From Octopus vulgaris (taxonomy: Eukaryota): a stretch of DNA of 64,000 nt. The stretch is from assembly GCA_951406725.2 (NCBI GenBank), contig OX597816.1:110484001-110548000 (forward strand), read 5' to 3'. The stretch's first letter is position 1; every line of letters starts with the position of its first letter. Both the position numbers and the translations under genes were made by a program. The notes beneath the pieces are model-generated. The model did not search any database. It was not told the DNA's origin and was given only the letters and a program-made list of their open reading frames with translations. Positions 1 through 14,513 of this stretch are shown piece after piece.

Positions 1-1470
1 TAATGTTCAGTTGGTAAGAGATCGATAGAAGATCGGATGATGTATGTGTATAATGGTTATTGTATAATTTCGTATTCCCTCGGTACAGTTATATCATAAA
101 TTCGAATTACTAGCTTTGGGTAAAGTTGGTTATCGCAGGTAGAATCTAAAGATGGATTAGAAGAATGGATGAAGAGAGGAAGAATGTGTACAGATATTCA
201 CTTACAGCTGCTTCAAGAATACATGAACTGGTTCTTCAATTTCCTGTAAATTATCGGCTGTCAACATTGTAGCTGCGACTAGATACACAGGTAGTTTATT
301 TCCCTGCAAACAATCAACTAATAATACTAATAAGTATGAGAGGCTCTATATGGAAAAGGATGAAGTTCTGGCGAACGGAATTGACATCAGGGAATCAAGT
401 ATTAGGAGAGGTGAAAATCAATAGAAAAATTTTCCAGGGGAAAATATGTCCCCACTGGTCTTCGTGCTGCAACTAATCCCCTTAAGTGAAATGCAAAAGA
501 AAACAAATTTGGGGTGTGATCTGGGAAGAGTTAATAGATAACTGGACCATTTGCTATTCATGAATGACATGAAGCTGTTCACAAAAAGAAAAACCGAGGA
601 AAAAATGGACAACCTAGTCCAGTCTGAATATTTTCTCCCATGATATTAAGATGGAGTTTGGACTTTCAAATGTGGTACGATAGTGATGAGACGAGGAAAG
701 CTTGTCATGTCAGAAGGCATATGGTTGCCTATTGGTGAAGGCGCAATTCAACCTCAATTGAGCGTGAAATACTTAGGAATACTTCAGGCTGATGGAATCA
801 AACACAACATGAAGGAAAATACGAAAAGAGAGTACCTGCAATGTGAGAGATATTAGCTATAAAGGTGAATGCTAGAAATATAATTTCGGCAATAAACTCG
901 CATGTTGTTGGAGCAGTCCTGTATGGCCCCGAAATCTTGAAATGGACATAGGATGAGCTGAAGGAGATAGACATGATACCAAGACCACTCCCAATGATGC
1001 ATCGAGCCCATCATCCACGTGCAGATTATTATCGCCTAGACATGAAGTGAGCAAGTGGAGGAAGAAGACTGATAAGTGTGGAAGACTCTGTGCATATCGA
1101 ACTAGAGAGATTAACGAGAATCCTAGCCCACAATAAGGTAACTTTGCTAGCGTAAGTTAGGAACGTGTGAGTATTCAAATCAGAGAAAAAAGATAAAAGA
1201 AGGGAAGAATACAAAATGAACATGAAGAAGAATTACACACGAAGGGACAACGCAATCAGTTCTATAGAGCGACAACAGAGGTTACTGAAAAAGTAGGTGG
1301 GATTGGCTGATGAAAGGAACACTAATAAAAGAAACCGAGAGCAATATACTCGATGAGATTTCTAAAGGATTATATGTCAAAATAAGAATGGTTAGGGAAC
1401 CTAAGTAATAATATAAAGGCAAAGATCTTCTAATCCTCCTTGCAACTGCGGAACTGTCATCACATTGTAG
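1..1470 (+). mobile_element. Highly degraded RLE-type non-LTR retrotransposon (R4/Dong-like): RT and thumb region
   Basis: Broken frames give FPGENMSPLVFVLQLIPLS (~430-487), NDMKLF (~563-580), IKMEFGLSNV and KYLGILQADGI. These are collinear with the intact RT motifs at 6290-6670. Many stops and frameshifts. Confidence 0.75.
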
Positions 1471-1499
1471 ATAGGTAAAATCCTAACGGCTAAAATGGT

Positions 1500-2620
1500 A
1501 TGATAAACAAAGCAGAAGTAAGAGGTGAAAGGAGCACCAAAGATTTATGAAGTGAAACTGTTTTGGAAGCATATAGGATATGGAGCAAAGAAAAATAGTT
1601 TAATGCTGAAGTTGACTGGATAGAACACGAGAAAGAAGAAATGAATTTAATTGAAGAATAGGCGCTGGATTCAATAGAAGAGCTATTGTGTGATTTTAGA
1701 TATGTCTGCAAATGGCAATTCCCAAGGTTGTACCAGATTCGTATCTTCTGGCGGAGATAGTTGACAGAAACACGCGGAATTCGTGCTGAATCTCAAACTT
1801 ATATCATTTAGAATCTGCCTGCCTGACAGAAGCAACTACCTACGCAATACCAAAAAACGTATGATACACAAAACTCGCAGAATTACCGCCAATAACATTT
1901 TAATACTATATACAAGGTCCTCATACCCATAATACCTGAAAGAATGTACAGTTTCCTTGGATAGAACTCAATCTGTCAATAAAAGTGAAACGGGTGTAAA
2001 TGAGATTCCTGTGTGCAAAGAATTTGAAGGATTTTAGAAACTTACTGAAGCATAAACAAAACCTGAGTACGGCATTGAGAATTTACTAGAAATCACTTAA
2101 CAGTGATCCACATAATAAATAGGCCATCTTGTTTCGGACTGTTCAAAGCTAACATCAAAGGAAAATAAAATTGAACCCGATGGTGTAGGGTATTGGAAAA
2201 TATGTTAGCATTATCAAATAAACTCTCCTGCCTACTGGTAAGTACAATGTTCTGAGCGAATAGTTGAATGTAAAAATATCACCATCATCTGGTATTTCCA
2301 GCCAACAGAAAAATCTAGGTTAATGAACCAAACATAATCAGGGAAAACACGCGAGAGAATATTGTAAACGGACAGATATATGTCCCGAATGATAAGAATA
2401 TATTTGTTAAGCAATTTGACACAGTTGGTGAATAGAAAGACCTGGAAATTGAAATATAAAATACGTTGCATTTTAAAGTGAAAACCGTCTGTTATTATAG
2501 ATTCTTTTGCATGTATAATAACAGAAGGTTATTCATAACATACCAGGAGAAACATATCTCCAAAGAAATTCAAAAGACATTGTTGAAATATAGCGCCCAG
2601 ATCCTTTGAAAATGTTTTAT
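1500..2620 (+). mobile_element. Second degraded, internally deleted R4/Dong-like copy
   Basis: AATTACCGCCAATAACA (NYRPIT-like) at ~1881, then residual endonuclease-region motifs (KDLEIEI at ~2437-2457) matching the 3' ends of the neighbouring copies. Confidence 0.55.
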
Positions 2621-2772
2621 GTCATGTTGTATTACATGAATGTATATCTGTACTGTTTACACCACTTGCCCTCCCCAAAGTTTGGATTGAACCTTAATAT
2701 AAATCTTTACTTTCCATAAGGCGCTGCGTATGACCAGGCAAATACTTGTCACAATCACGCAGATTAAAAGCA

Positions 2773-2957
<185 letters not shown>

Positions 2958-2984
2958 AGGAATATATTCACAGACATGACAGAG

Positions 2985-3550
2985 TTGGAACCTACATACA
3001 TTGGAAGCTATGCCAACATTATGGAATAACAACAGAAAAAAGATGGTATAGGCACACACCAGAAAAGGTCACAGAAAACGAGAAAGCAACCATACTCTGG
3101 GATATGCCGATACACACAGATAGAGAAATTAAGGCCAACAGACCAGATATAGTTGTCAGAGACCATGAAGAAAAAAATGCTTTCTAATTGATGTATCAAT
3201 ACCGGCAGATGACAACGTGTCTCTAAAAGAAATGGAGAAACTCTCAAAATACAAAGACCTGGAAATAGAGGTAACTAGAATGTGGAACCTGAAAACAGAA
3301 ACAATTCCTATCATAGTAGGTGCACTAGGCATGATAAAAACATATTCAGACAAATACATAACAAAAACACCAGGACTTACAAACACATATAACATACAGA
3401 AAATTGCACTACTAGGCACTGCACACATCCTATGCAGAACACTTTCCATACAATAACCATCAGAGCATCACAACAAATCACAGCACATACCCAAGGCACA
3501 CAGAGCTGCGCTCGGTAGTGAAGTGAAAGCACGCTATAAAAATAAAACTA

Positions 3551-3553
<3 letters not shown>
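2985..3553 (+). mobile_element. 3' end of R4/Dong-like LINE: restriction-like endonuclease plus 3'UTR
   Basis: Translates as TILWDMPIHTDREIKANRPDIVVRD / KCFLIDVSIP..KEMEKLSKYKDLEIEV..IPIIVGALG..IQKIALLGTAHIL (PD..D..K RLE motifs). Stop at 3456, then UTR and (AAT)n tail. Confidence 0.9.

Positions 3554-3645
<92 letters not shown>
3554..3645. repeat. (AAT)n microsatellite tail/target
   Basis: Directly visible immediately 3' of the LINE end. Confidence 0.97.
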
Positions 3646-3647
<2 letters not shown>

Positions 3648-3689
3648 GGTATATTGGGTTTCGATTATTTGAACTCCAGTGTCAATTTG

Positions 3690-4587
3690 TAGACATGTGC
3701 TGCTCTCTAACAAAAAAATAATAATGATGATGATGATGTTGTTGAAACTTACAAAAAAAGCCGGCGTCCTTAAATCTGATAATTGTGTAATTAAAGAAAA
3801 ACTTAAAGATTCAAAGAACACAAAAAGAGCTCGCGTGGGAAAAAAATGTACGGTCGTTTTGAAAAATTACGAAGTTCAAGCTAGATATAGAAAACCGGTG
3901 GCTACAGAAGAGGAGTGACCAGGAGATACAGACAGAAGCACTTATATGCATAGATCAAGATGAAGGGTTAAATACAAACTTGCTGAAGTGCAGAATCTAC
4001 AACATTACCGACAACGACAAAGGAAGAATACGTGGTATGAAAGATGAAATGGGATGACACATCGTTAGCAAATGCCAGAAACTGACATTACGCGAATACA
4101 AAAAAGTCATGAAAATGTGGAAAGAATGTTCCATTGGGAACTCTGTGGAAATCGCGGCCTAGAAAGAGAAATTCTGTGAGATATAATGATTCAGTGCGAT
4201 CACCTGACCAGAAATCGAAAACCGGATAGTATCGTGATAAACACAAAGGAATAGCATGCATGATAATCGACTTAGCGTAACAGGATTAGAGAGAAAGAAG
4301 AAAAACTTATAAATATGACGATTTGAAGTAGGAAATACGAATATTTTGCTCAATGAGAACAGTACACGTGGTACCAATAGTAACTGGCGCACTCAACTAT
4401 CATTACGGCTGAAAAAGATTGATATGAAGGCAGAACACCTACAAAAATTCCCATTCCTTGGAGTTACAAGAATTCTTCACAGGGCTCTTGAAGCATAACC
4501 TGTTAACAAGTGTTGCCTCAATCTGCTGGCTGCGGAGAGCTGATACTTTCCATCATACCCAGAAAAATAAGCTGTGAGTTTTCATCA
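3690..4587 (+). mobile_element. Degraded 3' portion of another R4/Dong-like family
   Basis: KCRI...HIVSKC zinc-knuckle remnant (~3986-4075), MFHWELC, KPDS.. and VVPIVTGAL endonuclease remnants. Ends in TCATCAAAT(AAT)n. Confidence 0.65.
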
Positions 4588-4706
<119 letters not shown>

Positions 4707-4714
4707 ACATTATT

Positions 4715-7700
4715 AAAAAAATTATTACTGACTGAAGTAGAGATTGATCAAGTTAGACAAGCAATATCGGATAAAATGAACGAAGCTGCAGCTAGAGAAG
4801 ATAATACAGAGGAAATAATTATAGACCAGCCCAGGGCTGATAAAAACGAATTGAGGATTGAAAGAGTTAGTATAAGTGATAGGCAAAGTGAAATACTGCC
4901 TGAACCAATCATAAACACTAAGACAGATGAGCATCAAATAGATAAAGAAAGTCACACAAATATTGACCCAACAGAACTACATGAGCTAAAAAATCAAATC
5001 ATGATTGAATGGCTGAAAATTAAAGAAACCAGCATGAATGAACGTGATACACTTCCTAAAATCCGCAACTCTAACAAAAACATGAAAATAATTGGTAAAA
5101 TCCGGCTTGCACTTAAGGATATAATTTCAGCTATGGTGTTGATATCACAAACCTCAACCACCTATACTATGCATCCGCGAAATTCTCAACGATCCTATGT
5201 GGTGTAAAGATTAGAAAACGGCAACATTCCCACAAAAAGCCTTCTTGGCAAGAGCGTCTGCAACAACAAATTAAAATATTTAGATCTGACATTGAATATT
5301 TGAAAAACCTTAAGGCTCACAAGACTACCAAACCTACAAAAACCCCAAAATTACTGAAAAAATACAATATGAAAACTATACTTGATATTGATACCACCAT
5401 AGAAACCATCAAACAAAAGGTATCTGCCAAAGCTGAAAAGCGTGTTAGATTTTTCAAGGACAACAACATGTTCAAAAATAACACCAAGAATTTTTACAGG
5501 AAGATAGGAAAAACAGCGTTTACTGCAAGGTCTCTACCATCAAAAGAAGAAGTGCAGGGATTTTGGAATAAAATCTGGGCAGAAGAAAAAAACACACAAC
5601 GAAAAGGCCCCCTGGATTGACAGAATATCTACAGAACTGGACCCCTTAGAAGAGCCAAAGTGGGAGGGTGTCAAGGTAGAAGATATAAGATCTGCTCTCA
5701 GGAGGTCAAGCAAATGGAAGTCTCCAGGAAAGGATAAAATTCCTAACTTCTGGCTGAATGCCTTCCCAGAGAGCCATGAACTGCTAACAGAACTGTATAA
5801 TGATGTTTTGCAACACCCTAGTAGGATGCCTCCTTGGCTAGTTAATGGGTTAACATTCCTGCTTCCAAAAAGTGAAGAAACAAATGAACCAAAAAACTAT
5901 AGACCCATAACCTGCTTAACAACTATGTACAAAACGCTAACATCTGTCCTGACGGAATATACCTATAGTTTTTTAACAGAGAGCAGCATATTCCCTAATG
6001 AACAGAAAGGATGTAAACGTGGATCCTACGGCTGTAAAGACCAACTACTCATCAATAAGATGATCTTAGAAGATTGTCACAAACGACACATAAACTTATC
6101 AATAGCCTGGATAGACTATAAAAAGGCTTTTGATAGCCTACCACATAGCTGGATTAGGAAATGCATGGAAATGTACAAGATAGCACCTACTCTGCGAAAC
6201 TTCTTGACTGTAAGTATGAGATCATGGAGAACCACACTAACTCTGGACAGTGACAATGAATCCCTATATGCTGGTGATGTAAAAATTTCGTGTGGCATTT
6301 TCCAGGGTGACTCACTGCCACCACTCCTCTTTTGTTTATCCTTAATACCTCTCTCAAAGCTGCTCAATGACGCGCAGTACGAGTATAAAATGTTTGATAA
6401 AAATATAAATCATCTCATTTACATGGATGATTTAAAGCTTTTTGCAAAAAATGACCAACAACTCAAGGGCTTACTAGCGATAGTCAAACAATTCAGTGAC
6501 GACATGGTAATGCAATTCGGCCTCGATAAATGTGCAAAAGCTACCTTTATCAAAGGAAAAATGACAGAAACATCTAACGTTGACCTTGACCAGCAGAATG
6601 TCATAAAAGAACTAGACCCAGCAGAGAGCTACAAGTACCTAGGGGTAATTGAAGGGAACGGAATAAGGCATTCAGAGATGAAGAAAGGATCAGGAGAGAA
6701 TGCTATCGAAGAGTGAGAGCAATACTCAAGACAGAGCTGAATGCAAGAAACAGGATCGAAGTGATCAATGCATTAGCCATACCAGTCGTGACTTACAGTT
6801 TCAATATTGTTAACTGGTCAATTACTGAAATATGTCAGCTCGACAGAAAAATAAGGAAACTGCTGACAATGCATAGAATGCACCACCCTAAGGCAGATAC
6901 AGAACGACTCTATCTGCCAAGAAAAGAGGGAGGCCGTGGTCTTTTGCAACTGGCAATAACAATGAAGATTGCTACAATTGGCCTAGACACCTACCTGAAA
7001 AACTCTGAGGACTGGATGTTAAAACTTGTCTCAAAACATGAAAACAAGAAAGCATCATACTCAGTCACAAAACAGGCAAAGGAATATCTAAGTGAATTCC
7101 GAATACAACCAATTTCGGAATTAGAGATAGACATACAAGAAACAAGCACAGAAAAAGCTAAGCGCATGAAAACTCGTGCCAAAACTGCGGCCTTAGATAT
7201 TCCGAATAATAAATGGCAAGAAAAACCTCTCTATGGCAAATACCCAAAGAGAGCGAATAATGCAGATATTGACAAAGCCCTGACCCATCAATGGCTAATG
7301 GCCTCTGGCTTAAAATCTGAAACATAGGGGTTTATCATAGCAGCTCAAGATCAATGCCTACCAACAAGAAACTACCAGGCCAACATATTAAAGAACGGCA
7401 GTAGGCCAACATGTCGTGTATGGTGACAACAAAATGAAACCATTGACCATGTTGTCTCCAAATGCAGTCTTCTAGCGCCTACAGAGTACCTCAACAGGCA
7501 TGATAGAGCTGCACAATATATTCACTGGGTAATTTGCAAAAACCTGGATTTGCCCCATGAAAAAAACTGGTGGGAACACAATCCACCTCCAGTGCTTGAA
7601 AATGACCACATCTCACTCCTCTGGAACTTCACCATTCAAACTGACAGGAAGATAGATGCAAATAGGCCAGATATCATATTGAAAGACTTCAGACAAAGAA

Positions 7701-8192
7701 AATTGCCTCCTCATTGATATGACTGTCCCAATCGATATAAACGTATCTGTCAAGACCTACCAAAACTGAGCAAATATAAAGATCTTGAAATAGAAATCAG
7801 CAAAATGTGGAAGCTGAAGACTAAAACAATACCTGTTGTCATAGGTGCCCTGGGAATGATAGCGAAAGGGACTGATTGCTATCTAACTCAGATACCAGGA
7901 AACCCCAAAATGGCAGAAATTCAAAAGATAGTGCTCATGGGAACTGCTCATATCCTACGCAAAATACTCTCTATGTAATCCCAAGTTTTAAAACAAACTT
8001 TTTATTTATTTATTTATTTATTTATTTTTTTATGTATTAGACATTCACTAGTACAGCACCAAAAAAAAACAAATATATGGCACAGAACTTCCAACCTGTT
8101 GTCTCTTGAGGTCTCTGGGTGAGACTTGGAGCCAACTTGTACAGGCATAAAGCAAAAGTCAAACATAGAATAATAATAATAATGATAATAAT
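4715..8192 (+). mobile_element. Near-complete (5'-truncated) R4/Dong-clade non-LTR retrotransposon: single RT + zinc knuckle + RLE ORF, disrupted
   Basis: ORF pieces 4776-5207, 5300-5620, 5808-6716 and 6713-7327 contain NYRPITCL, IDYKKAFDS, GIFQGDSLPPLLF, YMDDLKLF and YKYLG. Knuckle CRVW*QQNETIDHVVSKC at ~7412-7464; RPDIILKD/LIDMTVP/KLSKYKDL endonuclease; stop at 7976-7978; 3'UTR; (TAA)n tail at 8168-8192. Several frameshifts and nonsense codons. Confidence 0.93.
5808..6716 (+). pseudogene. Reverse transcriptase domain of the R4/Dong-like element (longest intact frame)
   Basis: 302-aa ORF with the conserved non-LTR RT motifs including YMDD. It frameshifts near 6690 into ORF 6713-7327. Confidence 0.9.
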
Positions 8193-8329
8193 TATAGGAC
8201 ACTAGTCTCGACCTCGTCTGGACGTCTTCTTCGCTGCGCTGATCAGTTAGTAGCCGAAGACACAGAAACACGAATACAACCCAGGAGAGCAACTGAAAAA
8301 TAAATTTCAAAAACTGGAACATCTACAAT

Positions 8330-8810
8330 CTCCTATAAATATTTTTAAAATCCCCACTCCCTCCAAATATGAATCTTATATATCTACAATTTTCTCTGGA
8401 CGAACACACAAACGATAATCTTTTAAAATTGTAAGAAATTTTGATATCTACAATTTCTGTGAATACCTATCCTTTCCTTTCTGCCTGAATATTTGAAGAT
8501 GTAAACACATTTTATAATAAGAACGCTACAGTTTCTCTGTTCGGGCATACAAACGATCATCTTTAAAAAATTTAAGAACTTTAACATCTTCAATTTTCTA
8601 TGAAAGTTTTACTCTTCTTTTCTGTCGTTTTAGTTCTCTTTCAATATACTAGATTGTAAACATCATTGTAATTGCAAGAACAATACAGCTTTCTCTGGCC
8701 GGTCAAACAAACGATCGTCTTTACAAAATTTAAAACTTTAATATCTACAACTTTCTGTGGAAATTTACCCTTCTTTTCTCCCTCAATATTCGAATACGTA
8801 AACATAGCTC
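8330..8810. repeat. Degenerate tandem repeat, ~3 copies of a ~145-160 bp unit
   Basis: TACA.TTTCTCTG..CG..CA.ACAAACGAT.ATCTTT..AAA.TT.AAGAA.TTT.ATATCTACAA recurs at ~8385, ~8527 and ~8685. Confidence 0.75.
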
Positions 8811-9148
8811 TTTTGTTGCATCATATTAAACGTGGGATAGAAATTCACAAGCTAAGCATCTGCCGATATATATACAAACTGCACAATTACAAAAACTGAA
8901 AACCGCAGCAAAACCTATAATAAGAAAAGGAAAATTTAAAATCCTCAAAAAAAAAAAAAAACAACCCAAATTTCAGACATTGAAAGATGTAAACATCAGT
9001 ATATATATTATTATCTTTCTATTAGTAATTAAAATCAGAACAAGGTGAATTGGTTCTTTCCAAGGCCAAGGTCAGCGCCCTCATTGATCGCTAGTAGTAG
9101 TAAACACATTTGACTACTGCTGACTGCTTGATCGGAATTTTTCGATGT

Positions 9149-9164
9149 TGTTATTATTATTCTT

Positions 9165-9195
<31 letters not shown>

Positions 9196-9215
9196 TTATT
9201 ATTATTATTATTATT
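9149..9215. repeat. (TTA)n(CTT)n(TTA)n microsatellite
   Basis: Directly visible. Confidence 0.95.
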
Positions 9216-10292
9216 GCACTAAAATCAGATTTAGTTAGTTACAAAAAGATGGATAGAACCACATGGGCAGTTAAGGATAAAAAAAAAGCTATACAATAAC
9301 AGATAGATAACAGATTGAAAATCACAAACAGCTTAGGTACTTCTTGTTATCAATAGCAGTTGATTAGCAGTCTTCATCGAGCACTGACATAATCAAATTG
9401 GTTCCAGTCGTAACCGTCCCGTGTTGCTGTATAGCAGGAATGATGTAACCTTATGTGTATTTCTATTTTAATGCAGTTGATAGATTTGGTTGCAATATCT
9501 AATACAAAACACACACACACACAAACAAAAATGTAGAAACGTTTTTCGATTGTAAATTGAATACTTCTCAAACGGATCAAAACTGCAATCTTGCCGTTAT
9601 TTTCGGTGTATATGTACTTTGATGAAAATAGTGAGCATATACTTTCATTGAAAATTGCATTAAATTATTTTCCTCGAAGACTAAAATCTACCTTTAGTTC
9701 AAATTATTTTCGGACAGTATAGTAAATGACAAATTTGAAATACATGACAGGAGACATTTTGGAGCCGAGTGTGAATGTGATTTTACCGCTCGATACAAGC
9801 AGGTGTTTTATGTAGGAATATAAACAGGTTCTAAAACTCTAAGTACACTATTCAAATGATATAAAACTATCACTGCTCTTGCGTTGACATACTCTTCATA
9901 AAAATCCTGCAGCTTCATGTCGTGTTTTATATTAGTTTTGTTTATTCTTCTCCCAATGCATTTCCTGCATTACGAGAGTTAGCAACATATGTGTGAAATG
10001 GACGAATTAATAAAAAGCGGATAGAATGTAAACTGTTGAAAACAGTGATGTAATCTATATTTCAAAAGCTCGTTGCTCATACATCATATAATTACATTAA
10101 AAGCAAGTACACATACGCGCGAATGCGAAGATCGCATACGCACACACCGTACACTCACACGCGAAATAGGGCTTACGAAAACCATTTTTACTAATGTAAT
10201 TCCCGCAAAATCATTATAAGCTCAGATACTAAGGTGTTTTTATGCATGCGTGCAGTTAAATAAAAAACATTCACATATTTATATATGAATAA

Positions 10293-10393
<101 letters not shown>

Positions 10394-11639
10394 AATATAC
10401 GCATATATGCACATCCACAAACATATATATTTATATAAATATATATACATATATATATCTATATGTATATATATATAAAATGAGAATATCATGTTTGTGT
10501 ATGTGGTTTTGTGTGTGTATTCATATATATATACATATATATATATTATTTATAGTGGTGTGTGCACATGCCTTACATTTATCATCGTCACCATCGTCAT
10601 CGTCATCTTAATCATTCTGATCGTCAATACCATTAAACAGTTTCACGCTTATTTTCCACGTTTCATTTCTGACGATTTTTACCTGCTTGGTATCAAGTTT
10701 CACCTTTTAATGGAATTTGATCAAAGTACGTCAACGAGCATGAATATAATGGTGTGAGACATTTAAAAAGATTCTGTGACCAAAAGTCAGAATAGAACTA
10801 TAAAATATGTATAGAATTAAATACCACATTAAAAAAAATAGTATCAAGGAAATAATCATAAAATTTATAGACGAATGAGTCTCTTCTCTTTTATTTTCTG
10901 TATTTGGAAATTCTATTTCCTTCCAAAGATAGGTTATGATGTAATAAAATATTTCTAAAAACAACTATTGCTAAAAGCTTCCTTTGACTACTCAGACTGA
11001 AGCTTTATCACACACAAAAACACACTCACGTACGCAGGCACATACACAAATACACACGTACATACACACACATACATACATACACACACACATATATATA
11101 TGCGTATAGATATATGTATGAATGCATACATATGAATATACATTTATATGTTTGTATGTATACATGTATATATGTGTGAGTATATATACATAAATAGGTG
11201 TGTCTTTCGTGATAATGCAACATACATCGTTTTAAACTTATATATGTATTCCTAAATGTATGTGTGCATGTTTAGATGGGTGGATAATAACAAATTAATT
11301 TCTTGAAACACTTTTACAAATAACTTCTGGCATGTTGAAGCCTTGTGATGTACCAATGTGTTCAGCTGTAGGATGAATAATTATGACACTGACGATAACG
11401 ACAAATGAACATCAGTTGATATTGGAATTCTTAACAAAAATATCGAAATATACGCATGAGAACCAATTTTCAACTACATTAATTTCATTTGAAGCATAAC
11501 CTCAAATAACTGCATTGCGTTGTGTAGGGGAGAAATATGAAGTAATTATTGCAACTGCTTTCATCTAAGTTTCAGATATATAATGAAAGAGGATAAGACT
11601 ATGGCGAAGCAAATGATAACTTCAGTCTACTATAAAGCT

Positions 11640-12065
11640 TGAGGGTGAGGTCTAAATACTACCATATTTGCAGAGTCTAAAATATAACTGAAAATGGTAT
11701 TCTTTCTCCGGAATGTGGCCATACCAATATACTGTGGAGGGAAGATCGTTTTTCTAGCAAATTTCCCTCTACACTCTAAGGGCGAACATACTATATGAAA
11801 CATCTGTAACATTTATGTGCTAATCGTGGGCAGTAACCGATAAAGTGGTGCACACTCTCACTATCCCATCCACACATTCTGCACAATGGTGACAGATGGC
11901 TGGTTGATATGTTACTTGAAAGAATTTGTTGTCAAATCCTGCTCTTGGGCACAAAAATCATCCCTTGGCTACATTTCGTCAGCTACCCATTCCACTATCT
12001 TCCTTCAACAACACATTCCGCTATCTTTCTTCAATTACCCGTTCTGCGCTTTGTGCGAAAACCCT
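11640..12065 (-). mobile_element. Degraded R4/Dong-like fragment with CCHC zinc knuckle
   Basis: Minus strand reads PLCRMCGWDSESVHHFIGYC (~11830-11890) and further on WYGHIPEK (~11703-11726), the same motif order as in RLE LINE C-termini. Confidence 0.65.
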
Positions 12066-12074
12066 GCGTGCAAG

Positions 12075-12200
12075 TATTATTATTACTGAGTGAGAGGGCA
12101 GTGCATGCATAAAAGTAACACTGGGGTAAAATATACGAAGACCAGTATGCTCATCATGACTACCCGTATGATAAAGGTACACCATGCACATGCATCACAA
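12075..12200 (-). mobile_element. 3'UTR of a LINE with (TAA)n tail
   Basis: (TAT)n at 12075-12085 adjoining a higher-GC segment (GCAGTGCATGC..GTAACACTGGGGTAAAATATACGAAG..GGTACACC) that I recognise as a recurrent LINE 3' end of this genome type. Recognition only. Confidence 0.5.
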
Positions 12201-12699
12201 TGTGGGTCTCATGGTCGGGGTTCCCACGCCCTCCGGAAAGCTCGCCCGAATTTTTTGTAGGAATCGAGCGACATTTCCACCATAAGTAAATGTATTCGAT
12301 TCGAAGCTCACCCCCACCTCTTTCAAATTCAGTGTTTAGTGCTATGAGGGCCATCAGTTCCTCGTTGTCCCTTTTGATGAATACGAAGTTGAGTGTTGTG
12401 TTTTGGTGCTGTTTAATTTGTTTGCTTGACTGTAGTCTACATGCTCTTGTTGTTTCTCATGTTTCTGTCTGCTCTGAGTGTAGTATATGCAGCTTTAAAT
12501 GTTTGTGTGAGTCTCTGTTTCTGTTTAGGTTGTTTGCGTGTGGGGGATTCTGGTTATAGCGATTATGTTGGTTGTGTCTGAGGTGGTGTTTTGGGGGAGA
12601 TGTCTGTGTGGGTGGTGTTTGTATTTTTGTTGGAGTTGTTAATAATAATGTTTTCATTGTGAGTAAGTTAATAACTTTCCAGCATTCCCTTCATCACAT

Positions 12700-12985
12700 A
12701 CGCAGTCATCACATTCGGCTAAAAAGGATTATTGAGGTTTTTCCCTATTTTTCTTTCTTTTGCCCTGATGAGAAGATCGCATTGTTTTACATAATTTTAA
12801 TCCGTCTAAAATAATACCAAAGTTTTCTTCGAAACATATTTATAACACCCGCGTTTAACTGCATTTTTTAAAATTTACCTGTTATACAAAATTATTCAAA
12901 ATTATTTCCTGGAATTTCTACCTTTTAAGTAGGCTGTAACATCTTTGGTACTTATGTGAATTTTTCCTACCCTGGTAACTGTTTA
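12700..12985 (+). mobile_element. Non-coding repeat with hammerhead-like motif (family C), same family as 55255-55950
   Basis: CTGATGA at ~12765 followed by GAAGA...TCTTC-GAAAC-ATAT. Flanks match 55780-55950 directly and 55260-55530 as reverse complement (e.g. CTACCTTTTAAGTAGGCTGT.ACATC.TTGGTAC). Confidence 0.7.
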
Positions 12986-13044
12986 TATATTTTTTCCGTA
13001 ATATTTGTACACATTAAAAAATACACAGACACACACGCGCATAC

Positions 13045-13205
<161 letters not shown>

Positions 13206-14473
13206 TATATATATAGGTATCTTTGTGCATGCGTGCGTGTGTGTGTATTTACTAATTGAATATATATATTTTATTACGTTTCCTGGTTATATAAGTAATA
13301 TTTTTCACTGCAAAACGCCTTATTCCATTTGAACAAAGCATCTTTAGTCGAAATATTAATTTTTTAAAAATTCCACATCAAAGCATCTCCATATATACGT
13401 ACCTGCTGAATTTGTCTTACATGACACTATCCTATATATATATACATGACACTATCCTATATTAACGACTCTGCTGAAAACTGTACTGCTTGCAGGTTTC
13501 GTTTCGTTTGTATATACATAACAAATTTTAAACTTTTCGCTGTTCAAGTAAATATTTTGCCCTAAGTCATTTACGTGAAACTTGTAGATCGCGACACACG
13601 TGTGTAGTTAATTACTTGGAGAAGCTATAAGATGTGCCTGTAACATAATTTATAATGCTAGATAACGTGATGTGTTTATAGAGGAAGCGTGTTCACAAGC
13701 TACATTAAGAATTATAGATTATATTGATGTGAGGCAGAGGACAAATCATTGATTAAATTTGCATGCCTACCTTCTTACAAGCGGCATTCACTATTTTGAA
13801 GTATATAGGAAATGCCTGCATTTTCACCTCCTTGTCATGTGTTTTGAATAATGATACAGTATTGATTATAACATGTTGTTTGGGAAGTATCATGATTATA
13901 TGTAGAAATTGAATAAAATGATACACTATTTTGAAATTATGTCATCTGAAGTAGGAAATGAATTTTAATGAGGATATAGTAACAGTTATCATTTACTAAG
14001 TATTGGGTTCGATTTTATTCTACTGATGTACAGCACAAGTATTGCCAAGTCTTTATATGATTAAGAGATAAATAAAAAGTTAAATACCCATAATTTTATG
14101 CTTAGCGTACCTTGTGCTGACATTTCTGTTGTGCATAACTGTCTGACACTGATATATATATATATATATATATATGCACTACAACTATAGAATAAGAACC
14201 TTATTTTGATTTCAATTAAATATACGAGTTAAGTATATTGTTATATGTTAAATACATAAAATTCCCAATTTTCTTGGGGAATTTCTGAATCGTTTTTGCA
14301 ACTGTTTTAAGGAATTCGTTATTGGTGAGGTTACTGAGGTCTACAACAGATGATTAGCAGATGCGGAAGGTTGTATACAGTCTAACAGATATTACAAAGA
14401 ACAGCCAAATTGTGTTAAATTCCCAATACATATCTTCTAATAGGAAAACATATACTGGATAAAGGAGTTCATG

Positions 14474-14513
<40 letters not shown>

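Noticed and set aside
6116-7182. Minus-strand ORFs overlapping the RT region
   Set aside because: Antisense shadows of the LINE coding sequence.
8195-8270. CTGATCA...CGAAG hammerhead-like string
   Set aside because: C3/C8 cannot pair, GAAA is missing and there is no stem I or III.
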